Below are positions 1-11,600 of a stretch of DNA of 64,000 nucleotides, piece by piece. Origin of the DNA: Macrostomum hystrix (taxonomy: Eukaryota > Animalia > Platyhelminthes); contig CATNEN010000001.1 in NCBI GenBank assembly GCA_950097015.1, positions 24,428,001 through 24,492,000 on the forward strand, in the 5' to 3' direction. Both the position numbers and the translations under genes were made by a program. How positions within the stretch are numbered: position 1 is the first letter of the stretch; the number at the start of each line of letters is the position of its first letter. Under the pieces are notes generated by a model. The model was not told where the DNA came from, did no database searches, and was given only the letters and a program-made list of their open reading frames with translations.

Positions 1-854
1 GAGTCAGTCTGCAGAGGTCGGGACGGTTTCTGTCGCTCGGCTCTAGTGCGGGTAGTCAGTGGTGTAGGGGGTCGAAGGTTGGAGCGCATTAGACGACCAG
101 TGCGGGCCTTAGTGCCACTTGAAGTCTCTGAATAGCTATTTGTTGTTTCAGTGTATGCCTTGAAGTTTCCATAATCAATGTGAAATAAACTTCAAGCAAA
201 TTTTCTTGTGCTTTGTCCATTTAAGATTGTAATTCATTCGCTTATCCAGTCTCTCATCCGTGCTTATCTCGTATTAGCGTTAAGTAATTTCGCCTATGGT
301 GTTGGTGTATTTATTAAAATTTCTTCACCAGTCAGCAATGGCTACTCACTCTAAACTGTTACGCATGCTTGTTACTTCGCTCGTGTTTCGCCTTGGTGTT
401 GGTGTATTTTTCCCCATATTTTCAATCCAAAAAACCATGCTTATTCCCTTTGAACTGTCACGCCTGCTTTTGAGCAAGGTCTCGTTTTATTAAATTTTTC
501 ATGAAAAATGGTTCCCATTTTTGGGGGAGTGTCGCGGAAATCATTATTGTTAAACTGTTATCTATCTATTATCGATTTTTCCCCGTGTCCCTTTCCATAC
601 TGACCCCCCCTCCAGTCTAGCTTCTGCACCCACCTTGTTTTCTCTCCCTCTACGCACGTTATTGTATGTTAACCCCAATGTACATCCACCCAGGGTTTCG
701 TACCCTCTTTTGTCTCTCCTCACTGTCGGCCCCAATTCCTTCCTTGCATATCGAAATATAATATAGTTAGAGGCCCGGGGCAAGGCCTTTGTCGGTCGTT
801 CACTTTTGTAGCCCGTTCAAATCAACACCATTAGTTAACCTCATTTTCTTAACA

Positions 855-1100
855 GTCAGTGCCTGGTTGGTGTGGATCAGCTGATGAGGTCAGTGCCTGG
901 CAGATGTGGATCAGCTGTTGAGGTCAGTGCCTGGTAGATGTGGATCAGCTCATGAGGTCAGTGCCTGGTAGATGTGGATCAGCTCATGAGGTCAGTGCCT
1001 GGTAGATGTGGATCAGCTGATGAGGTCAGTGTCTGGTAGATGTGGATCAGCTGATGAGGTCAGTGCCTGGCAGATGTGGATCAGCTGTTGAGGTCAGTGT
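855..1100. repeat. 34-bp minisatellite (TGGATCAGCTGATGAGGTCAGTGCCTGGTAGATG), about 7 copies, probably intronic
   Basis: Tandem copies are directly visible just upstream of the exon at 1223. Confidence 0.9.
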
Positions 1101-1222
1101 CTGCTACTCGTTGATGTGCATCAGCGGATGTGGTCTGTGCCTGTTAGATGTGGAGCCGCTGAGTTCTGGATTTGACTCGATCAATCAGGTTTCGTCTATT
1201 TCTCAAAACGTTGCCACTGCAG

Positions 1223-1321
1223 GTTTTTGACCACACCAAAAAGGCGGCGCCAAAGTTCAGCTTTGGAATTCGCCATTCGCAATACAAGGGCGAGTTCATC
1301 ACGGATGCCGATCTTGAATAG
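1223..1321 (+). CDS. ODF3: Terminal exon of an ODF3/SHIPPO-repeat (CIMAP1-like) axonemal protein; upstream exons not identified
   Basis: After the acceptor ctgcag| the frame reads VFDHTKKAAPKFSFGIRHSQYKGEFITDADLE*. APxFSFGIRHS-x-Y resembles the C-terminal motif of ODF3-family proteins. Confidence 0.6.
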   Translation, partial: VFDHTKKAAPKFSFGIRHSQYKGEFITDADLE

Positions 1322-2532
1322 AGACACAAACTCGGCACGGCAGCTGACAAGCAAATGGAAAAATTACCATTTTATCACTGTTGATTTTGTTTAAACTTTT
1401 CTCCCCCCTTCGTTGCAACTTTCCTTGTTTTTAATTTCTTTAATCTTCGTTTTTGTTTCGTTTAATTTTGCTTCTCTAGTCTGTGTGCCTCTAATGTAAT
1501 AAAAAACTTGGCATTTTGTTTGGAGTTTTCGAATAATTAAAGAAATCGTAAAAATCCTTTTGCTAAGAGAACTACAGCGAACCCTAAGCGAACACTGCTG
1601 AATCATGGCTTGTTTTTGCCATTCACGTGGCTAGCATAACTGGCACAACGTAGCAACCCGATCGCAGAATATCAGTGCACATTTTCAGTTTGATTTTTAA
1701 TTCCAATTTAGGAAACATTTTCTAGTCACAAATTTGATTCCTATTTTCATGAATTTACTTCTTCTCTTTCTTTCTATCACGAGTAGTAACTAAAGGAAGT
1801 TTAAAGATCTAGTCTATTTTTAGTCAGTCACCAGAACAAGATTTCAATGTGTTTGGATTCACGTACATGTAAATGTACACTAATGCGACAACGTTTGTAA
1901 GAATAAATCTAAAATAAATTATTATGGGATTGCTAAAGGACTACTTCTCTAGACCTGTCGCAAGGCGCTCATATATTTTTCCCTGTTTTTTAGTCTACAC
2001 TTTGCGAATTTTAATTAGTCAGAGGAGCAAGACTCAAGACTTTCTTGCTTTTCGGTATCTGTGTGCGTGTGTGCTCAGGAGTCAGCGAAATGGGCAGAGT
2101 TGCTGTGGGTCTAGTGTCAACCAATTAAGTGCCTTTGCCTACACCCTCCTGGAAAAAATGTTTTTTTCACAGGTTTAATCCTTAAACAAATCATTTCAAT
2201 AGGACATTATTCTCAATCAAATGAAAATTGAACCACGAAATAATCTGTTGAACAATATCTATTGCTGCACTAGCGATTTTATATATTTCAAAGAGATCTG
2301 GATAACTCAAGTCACCAAAAACGATAGAAGAGATTAACTTTTTTAATTATTAACTTAGATACGTTCGTACGCGCTCGTATTAACTTATTAGATTGTCTTT
2401 GTATGATACGAGTATAACCAACACCAAATTAGGCGAGTGCGGAGGTTGTCAATGTGTCACTTGTCAGTCAACGCCCAAGTTCCAGTTTGAATCTGAAAGA
2501 AGCAAAAAAGCGTAAAAAAATGAGACTTTGAT

Positions 2533-2538
2533 TTTATT
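2533..2538 (-). promoter_or_regulatory. Putative polyadenylation signal AATAAA of the giant K/R protein gene
   Basis: TTTATT on + (AATAAA on -) lies about 85 nt downstream of the TGA at 2623. Confidence 0.5.
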
Positions 2539-2622
2539 TTCATTGAAATGGTAACCAAACAGACAGTCAGGTAGGTTCATTGCAAAAATAAAATAAATAA
2601 GGCTTACAAGAACTTGCCGAGT

Positions 2623-5600
2623 TCATTGAAGAACCATCATCTTTGCGTAAGTTCTTTGCCGATAGTGCGAACGTGGAACTCGCTTGATCGCTTGTCGAGT
2701 GACGCTTCCGCGACTTCTGGTCTGTTTCTTGGCATATCGTCGAGATCTTCGAACCTGACGTCTGATTCTTCGAGATGATCGTCGAACTCGATTGATCGCT
2801 CGCCGAGTCACGCTTCTTCGCCGTCGGATCTGTCTCTTGGCATATCGTCGGGATCTTCGAACCTGAAGTCTGATTCTTCGAGATGATCGACGAACTCGCT
2901 TGATCGCTCGTCGAGTAGGGCTTCTACGTCGTCTGATCTGTCTCTTGGCATATCGTCGGGATCTTCGAACCTGAAGTCTGATTCTTCGAGATGATCGACG
3001 AACTCGCTTGATCGCTCGTCGAGTAGGGCTTCTACGCCGTCTGATCTGTCTCTTGGCATATCGTCGGGATCTTCGAACCTGACGTCTGATTCTTTGAGAT
3101 GATCGTCGAACTCGCTTGATCGCTCGCCGAGTCACGCTTCTTCGCCGTCGGATCTGTCTCTTAGCGTATCGTCGAGATCTTCGAACCTGACGTCTGATTC
3201 TTCGAGATGATCGTCGAACTCGCTTGATCGCTCGTCGAGTCGGGCTTCTTCGCCGTCGGATCTGTCTCTTAGCGTATCGTCGAGATCTTCGAACCTGACG
3301 TCTGATTCTTCGAGATGATCGTCGAACTCGCTTGATCGCTCGCCGAGTCACGCTTCTTCGCCGTCGGATCTGTCTCTTGGCATATCGTCGGGATCTTCGA
3401 ACCTGAAGTCTGATTCTTCGAGATGATCGACGAACTCGCTTGATCGCTCGTCGAGTAGGGCTTCTACGTCGTCTGATCTGTCTCTTGGCATATCGTCGGG
3501 ATCTTCGAACCTGAAGTCTGATTCTTCGAGATGATCGACGAACTCGCTTGATCGCTCGTCGAGTAGGGCTTCTACGCCGTCTGATCTGTCTCTTGGCATA
3601 TCGTCGGGATCTTCGAACCTGACGTCTGATTCTTCGAGATGATCGTCGAACTCGCTTGATCGCTCGCCGAGTCACGCTTCTTCGCCGTCGGATCTGTCTC
3701 TTAGCGTATCGTCGAGATCTTCGAACCTGACGTCTGATTCTTCGAGATGATCGTCGAACTCGTTTGATCGCTCGTCGAGTCGGGCTTCTTCGCCGTCGGA
3801 TCTGTCTCTTAGCGTATCGTCGAGATCTTCGAACCTGAATTCTGATTCTTCGAGATGATCGACGAACTCGCTTGATCGCTCGTCGAGTAGGGCTTCTACG
3901 TCGTCTGATCTGTCTCTTGGCATATCGTCGGGATCTTCGAACCTGACGTCTGATTCTTCGGGATGATCGTCGAACTCGCTTGATCGCTCGTCGAGTGGGG
4001 CTTCTACGCCGTCTGATCTGTCTCTTGGCATATCGTCGGGATCTTCGAACCTGACGTCTGATTCTTCGAGATGATCGTCGAACTCGCTTGATCGCTCGTC
4101 GAGTCGGGCTTCTTCGCCGTCGGATCTGTCTCTTAGCGTATCGTCGAGATCTTCGAACCTGAATTCTGATTCTTCGGGATGATCGACGAACTCGCTTGAT
4201 CGCTCGTCGAGTAGGGCTTCTACGTCGTCTGATCTGTCTCTTGGCATATCGTCGGGATCTTCGAACCTGACGTCTGATTCTTCGAGATGATCGTCGAACT
4301 CGCTTGATCGCTCGCCGAGTCACGCTTCTTCGCCGTCGGATCTGTCTCTTAGCGTATCGTCGAGATCTTCGAACCTGAAGTCTGATTCTTCGAGATGATC
4401 GACGAACTCGCTTGATCGCTCGTCGAGTCACGCTTCTTCGCCGTCGGATCTGTCTCTTGGCATATCGTCGGGATCTTCGAACCTGAAGTCTGATTCTTCG
4501 AGATGATCGACGAACTCGCTTGATCGCTCGTCGAGTAGGGCTTCTACGCCGTCTGATCTGTCTCTTGGCATATCGTCGGGATCTTCGAACCTGACGTCTG
4601 ATTCTTCGAGATGATCGTCGAACTCGCTTGATCGCTCGCCGAGTCACACTTCTTCGCCGTCGGATCTGTCTCTTAGCGTATCGTCGAGATCTTCGAACCT
4701 GACGTCTGATTCTTCGAGATGATCGTCGAACTCGCTTGATCGCTCGTCGAGTCGGGCTTCTACGCCGTCGGATCTGTCTCTTAGCGTATCGTCGAGATCT
4801 TCGAACCTGAATTCTGATTCTTCGAGATGATCGACGAACTCGCTTGATCGCTCGTCGAGTAGGGCTTCTACGTCGTCTGATCTGTCTCTTGGCATATCGT
4901 CGGGATCTTCGAACCTGACGTCTGATTCTTCGGGATGATCGTCGAACTCGCTTGATCGCTCGTCGAGTGGGGCTTCTACGCCGTCTGATCTGTCTCTTGG
5001 CATATCGTCGCGATCTTCGAACCTGACGTCTGATTCTTCGAGATGATCGTCGAACTCGCTTGATCGCTCGTCGAGTCGGGCTTCTTCGCCGTCGGATCTG
5101 TCTCTTAGCGTATCGTCGAGATCTTCGAACCTGAATTCTGATTCTTCGGGATGATCGACGAACTCGCTTGATCGCTCGTCGAGTAGGGCTTCTACGTCGT
5201 CTGATCTGTCTCTTGGCATATCGTCGGGATCTTCGAACCTGACGTCTGATTCTTCGAGATGATCGTCGAACTCGCTTGATCGCTCGCCGAGTCACGCTTC
5301 TTCGCCGTCGGATCTGTCTCTTAGCGTATCGTCGAGATCTTCGAACCTGACGTCTGATTCTTCGAGATGATCGTCGAACTCGCTTGATCGCTCGTCGAGT
5401 CGGGCTTCTACGCCGTCTGATCTGTCTCTTGGCATATCGTCGGGATCTTCGAACCTGACGTCTGATTCTTCGGGATGATCGTCGAACTCGCTTGATCGCT
5501 CGTCGAGTGGGGCTTCTACGCCGTCTGATCTGTCTCTTGGCATATCGTCGGGATCTTCGAACCTGACGTCTGATTCTTCGGGATGATCGTCGAACTCGCT

Positions 5601-8600
5601 TGATCGCTCGTCGAGTGGGGCTTCTACGCCGTCTGATCTGTCTCTTGGCATATCGTCGGGATCTTCGAACCTGACGTCTGATTCTTCGAGATGATCGTCG
5701 AACTCGCTTGATCGCTCGCCGAGTCACGCTTCTTCGCCGTCGGATCTGTCTCTTAGCGTATCGTCGAGATCTTCGAACCTGAAGTCTGATTCTTCGAGAT
5801 GATCGACGAACTCGCTTGATCGCTCGTCGAGTCACGCTTCTTCGCCGTCGGATCTGTCTCTTGGCATATCGTCGGGATCTTCGAACCTGAAGTCTGATTC
5901 TTCGAGATGATCGACGAACTCGCTTGATCGCTCGTCGAGTAGGGCTTCTACGCCGTCTGATCTGTCTCTTGGCATATCGTCGGGATCTTCGAACCTGACG
6001 TCTGATTCTTCGAGATGATCGTCGAACTCGCTTGATCGCTCGCCGAGTCACGCTTCTTCGCCGTCTGATCTGTCTCTTAGCGTATCGTCGAGATCTTCGA
6101 ACCTGACGTCTGATTCTTCGAGATGATCGTCGAACTCGCTTGATCGCTCGTCGAGTCGGGCTTCTACGCCGTCTGATCTGTCTCTTAGCGTATCGTCGAG
6201 ATCTTCGAACCTGACGTCTGATTCTTCGGGATGATCGTCGAACTCGCTTGATCGCTCGTCGAGTGGGGCTTCTACGCCGTCTGATCTGTCTCTTGGCATA
6301 TCGTCGGGATCTTCGAACCTGACGTCTGATTCTTCGGGATGATCGTCGAACTCGCTTGATCGCTCGCCGAGTCACGCTTCTTCGCCGTCGGATCTGTCTC
6401 TTGGCATATCGTCGGGATCTTCGAACCTGACGTCTGATTCTTCGAGATGATCGTCGAACTCGCTTGATCGCTCGCCGAGTCACGCTTCTTCGCCGTCGGA
6501 TCTGTCTCTTGGCATATCGTCGATATCTTCGAACCTGACGTCTGATTCTTCGGGATGATCGTCGAACTCGCTTGATCGCTCGTCGAGTAGGGCTTCTACG
6601 CCGTCGGATCTGTCTCTTGGCATATCGTCGATATCTTCGAACCTGACGTCTGATTCTTCGGGATGATCGTCGAACTCGCTTGATCGCTCGTCGAGTGGGG
6701 CTTCTACGCCGTCGGATCTGTCTCTTGGCATATCGTCGGGATCTTCGAACCTGACGTCTGATTCTTCGAGATGATCGTCGAACTCGCTTGATCGCTCGCC
6801 GAGTCACGCTTCTTCGCCGTCGGATCTGTCTCTTAGCATATCGTCGATATCTTCGAACCTGACGTCTGATTCTTCGGGATGATCGTCGAACTCGATTGAT
6901 CGCTCGTCGAGTGGGGCTTCTACGCCGTCGGATCTGTCTCTTGGCATATCGTCGATATCTTCGAACCTGACGTCTGATTCTTCGGGATGATCGTCGAACT
7001 CGCTTGATCGCTCGTCGAGTGGGGCTTCTACGCCGTCGGATCTGTCTCTTGGCATATCGTCGGGATCTTCGAACCTGACGTCTGATTCTTCGAGATGATC
7101 GTCGAACTCGCTTGATCGCTCGCCGAGTCACGCTTCTTCGCCGTCGGATCTGTCTCTTGGCATATCGTCGAGATCTTCGAACCTGACGTCTGATTCTTCG
7201 GGATGATCGTCGAACGCGCTTGATCGCTCGTCGAGTCGGGCTTCTGCGCCGTCTGATCTGTCTCTTGGCATATCGTCGGGATCTTCGAACCTGACGTCTG
7301 ATTCTTCGAGATGATCGTCGAACTCGCTTGATCGCTCGCCGAGTCACGCTTCTTCGCCGTCGGATCTGTCTCTTAGCGTATCGTCGAGATCTTCGAACCT
7401 GAATTCTGATTCTTCGAGATGATCGACGAACTCGCTTGATCGCTCGTCGAGTGGGGCTTCTACGCCGTCTGATCTGTCTCTTGGCATATCGTCGGGATCT
7501 TCGAACCTGACGTCTGATTCTTCGAGATGATCGTCGAACTCGCTTGATCGCTCGCCGAGTCACGCTTCTTCGCCGTCGGATCTGTCTCTTGGCATATCGT
7601 CGATATCTTCGAACCTGACGTCTGATTCTTCGGGATGATCGACGAACTCGCTTGATCGCTCGTCGAGTAGGGCTTCTACGTCGTCTGATCTGTCTCTTGG
7701 CATATCGTCGGGATCTTCGAACCTGACGTCTGATTCTTCGGGATGATCGTCGAACTCGCTTGATCGCTCGCCGAGTCACGCTTCTTCGCCGTCGGATCTG
7801 TCTCTTAGCGTATCGTCGAGATCTTCGAACCTGACGTCTGATTCTTCGGGATGATCGTCGAACGCGCTTGATCGCTCGTCGAGTCGGGCTTCTGCGCCGT
7901 CGGATCTGTCTCTTAGCATATCGTCGATATCTTCGAACCTGACGTCTGATTCTTCGAGACGATCTTCGAACTCGCTTGATCGCTCGTCGAGTCGGGCTTC
8001 TTCGCCGTCTGATCTGTCTCTTAGCGTATCGTCGAGATCTTCGAACCTGAAGTCTGATTCTTCGGGATGATCGACGAACTCGCTTGATCGCTCGTCGAGT
8101 CGGGCTTCTGCGCCGTCGGATCTGTCTCTTAGCATATCGTCGATATCTTCGAAACTGACGTCTGATTCTTCGAGACGATCGTCGAACTCGCTTGATCGCT
8201 CGCCGAGTCACGCTTCTTCGCCGTCGGATCTGTCTCTTAGCGTATCGTCGGGATCTTCGAGCCTGACGTCTGATTCTTCGAGATGATCGTCGAATTTGCG
8301 AAGCGCGTCCGTCGGATTTATCTGTCTTAACAGATGAGGCCTGAGCGAGGAGATCGTGCAGACAAGTCAGCCTGTCGGACTGCTCTGGAAGTTTTAGGGA
8401 GGCTTGGTAATTTTTTTAACAAAAAGAAACCGCAATGGTTGAAAATGTCTTACTAGGTAAACAAACTCGAACTCCTCGAACAGCCGCTTCATACTTTTCC
8501 TTTGCCATGGCTAGTTTGGCATTTACAGAGGCGATAAAGCTTCGCTTGTCTGCCTCCGACAAGTCTCGCGAACCAGCATGTTCCAATGACTTTTGCAGAA

Positions 8601-11600
8601 GATCCTGCACATTGCGCCAAATAGCGACATCTCTTTCTGACGAAACTGTGTAGCACTCTTCACTAGTAGAAATACCAAGGGATCCACCGAAAAACTTCAA
8701 AAGCTCATTAGTTGAAGCAAATCGAACAGAGCTGTCTTGTGTCGTCGAGGAGAGATCCAGACTTGAAACATCATCTTCGTTTTGTGTAACATTCCGGCTT
8801 TTAGATCGGCTCCTACGCACGGCTCGTCGTCGTCGGACAGGTCGTCGTCGATTTACACGGCGTCTTCGAACATATCCTCGTCGAGCCTGCTTTGGTCTTT
8901 GTGAAGACTTTCTCTGGCGCCTTCTGTTCTTCCTTGTCGCCTTTCTCTGGCGTCGTCTGGTCTTTCGAGTGGCCTTCCTCGATCTTCGTGAAGCCTTTCT
9001 TTGACGTCGTCTGTACCTCCTTGTCGCCTTTCTCTGTCTTCGTCTGTTCTTCCTTGACGCCCTTCTCTGACGCCTTCTCGTCCTTCCAGCGGCCTTCTTT
9101 GGTCTTCGTGAAGACTTTCTCTGGCGCCTTCTGTTCTTCCTTGTCGCCTTTCTCTGGCGTCGTCTGGTCTTTCGAGTGGCCTTCCTCGATCTTCGTGAAG
9201 CCTTTCTTTGACGTCGTCTGTACCTCCTTGTCGCCTTTCTCTGTCTTCGTCTGTTCTTCCTTGACGCCCTTCTCTGACGCCTTCTCGTCCTTCGAGCGGC
9301 CTTCTTTGGTCTTCGTGAAGACTTTCTCTGGCGCCTTCTGTTCTTCCTTGTCGCCTTTCTCTGGCGTCGTCTGGACTTTCGAGTGGCCTTCCTCGATCTT
9401 CGTGAAGCCTTTCTTTGACGTCGTCTGTACCTCCTTGTCGCCTTTCTCTGTCTTCGTCTGTTCTTCCTTGACGCCCTTCTCTGACGCCTTCTCGTCCTTC
9501 GAGCGGCCTTCTTTGGTCTTCGTGAAGACTTTCTCTGGCGCCTTCTGTTCTTCCTTGTCGCCTTTCTCTGGCGTCGTCTGGACTTTCGAGTGGCCTTCCT
9601 CGATCTTCGTGAAGCCTTTCTTTGACGTCGTCTGTACCTCCTTGTCGCCTTTCTCTGTCTTCGTCTGTTCTTCCTTGACGCCCTTCTCTGACGCCTTCTC
9701 GTCCTTCGAGCGGCCTTCTTTGGTCTTCGTGAAGACTTTCTCTGGCGCCTTCTGTTCTTCCTTGTCGCCTTTCTCTGGCTTCGTCTGGTCTTTCGAGTGG
9801 CCTTCCTCGATCTTCGTGAAGCCTTTCTTTGACGTCGTCTGTACCTCCTTGTCGCCTTTCTCTGTCTTCGTCTGTTCTTCCTTGACGCCCTTCTCTGACG
9901 CCTTCTCGTCCTTCGAGCGGCCTGCTTTGGTCTTCGTGAAGACTTTCTCTGGCGCCTTCTGTTCTTCCTTGTCGCCTTTCTCTGGCGTCGTCTGGTCTTT
10001 CGAGTGGCCTTCCTCGATCTTCGTGAAGCCTTTCTTTGACGTCGTCTGTACCTCCTTGTCGCCTTTCTCTGTCTTCGTCTGTTCTTCCTTGACGCCCTTC
10101 TCTGACGCCTTCTCGTCCTTCGAGCGGCCTTCTTTGGTCTTCGTGAAGACTTTCTCTGGCGCCTTCTGTTCTTCCTTGTCGCCTTTCTCTGGCGTCGTCT
10201 GGACTTTCGAGTGGCCTTCCTCGATCTTCGTGAAGCCTTTCTTTGACGTCGTCTGTACCTCCTTGTCGCCTTTCTCTGTCTTCGTCTGTTCTTCCTTGAC
10301 GCCCTTCTCTGACGCCTTCTCGTCCTTCGAGCGGCCTTCTTTGGTCTTCGTGAAGACTTTCTCTGGCGCCTTCTGTTCTTCCTTGTCGCCTTTCTCTGGC
10401 GTCGTCTGGACTTTCGAGTGGCCTTCCTCGATCTTCGTGAAGCCTTTCTTTGACGTCGTCTGTACCTCCTTGTCGCCTTTCTCTGTCTTCGTCTGTTCTT
10501 CCTTGACGCCCTTCTCTGACGCCTTCTCGTCCTTCGAGCGGCCTTCTTTGGTCTTCGTGAAGACTTTCTCTGGCGCCTTCTGTTCTTCCTTGTCGCCTTT
10601 CTCTGGCGTCGTCTGGTCTTTCGAGTGGCCTTCCTCGATCTTCGTGAAGCCTTTCTTTGACGTCGTCTGTACCTCCTTGTCGCCTTTCTCTGTCTTCGTC
10701 TGTTCTTCCTTGACGCCCTTCTCTGACGCCTTCTCGTCCTTCGAGCGGTCTTCTTTGGTCTTCGTGAAGACTTTCTCTGGCGCCTTCTGTTCTTCCTTGT
10801 CGCCTTTCTCTGGCGTCGTCTGGACTTTCGAGTGGCCTTCCTCGATCTTCGTGAAGCCTTTCTTTGACGTCGTCTGTACCTCCTTGTCGCCTTTCTCTGT
10901 CTTCGTCTGTTCTTCCTTGACGCCCTTCTCTGACGCCTTCTCGTCCTTCGAGCGGCCTTCTTTGGTCTTCGTGAAGACTTTCTCTGGCGCCTTCTGTTCT
11001 TCCTTGTCGCCTTTCTCTGGCGTCGTCTGGACTTTCGAGTGGCCTTCCTCGATCTTCGTGAAGCCTTTCTTTGACGTCGTCTGTACCTCCTTGTCGCCTT
11101 TCTCTGTCTTCGTCTGTTCTTCCTTGACGCCCTTCTCTGACGCCTTCTCGTCCTTCGAGCGGCCTTCTTTGGTCTTCGTGAAGACTTTCTCTGACGCCTT
11201 CTGTTCTTCCTTGTCGCCTTTCTCTGGCGTCGTCTGGTCTTTCGAGTGGCCTTCCTCGATCTTCGTGAAGCCTTTCTTTGACGTCGTCTGTACCTCCTTG
11301 TCGCCTTTCTCTGTCTTCGTCTGTTCTTCCTTGACGCCCTTCTCTGACGCCTTCTCGTCCTTCGAGCGGCCTTCTTTGGTCTTCGTGAAGACTTTCTCTG
11401 ACGCCTTCTGTTCTTCCTTGTCGCCTTTCTCTGGCGTCGTCTGGTCTTTCGAGTGGCCTTCCTCGATCTTCGTGAAGCCTTTCTTTGACGTCGTCTGTAC
11501 CTCCTTGTCGCCTTTCTCTGTCTTCGTCTGTTCTTCCTTGACGCCCTTCTCTGACGCCTTCTCGTCCTTCGAGCGGCCTTCTTTGGTCTTCGTGAAGACT

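Noticed and set aside
1-830. Possible retroelement end at the window start
   Set aside because: No ORF, LTR pair or second copy within the window to support a call.
2623-8211. Stand-alone giant protamine gene
   Set aside because: The ORF starts at a GTG inside a repeat unit. It is the last exon of a protein with a secretion signal.
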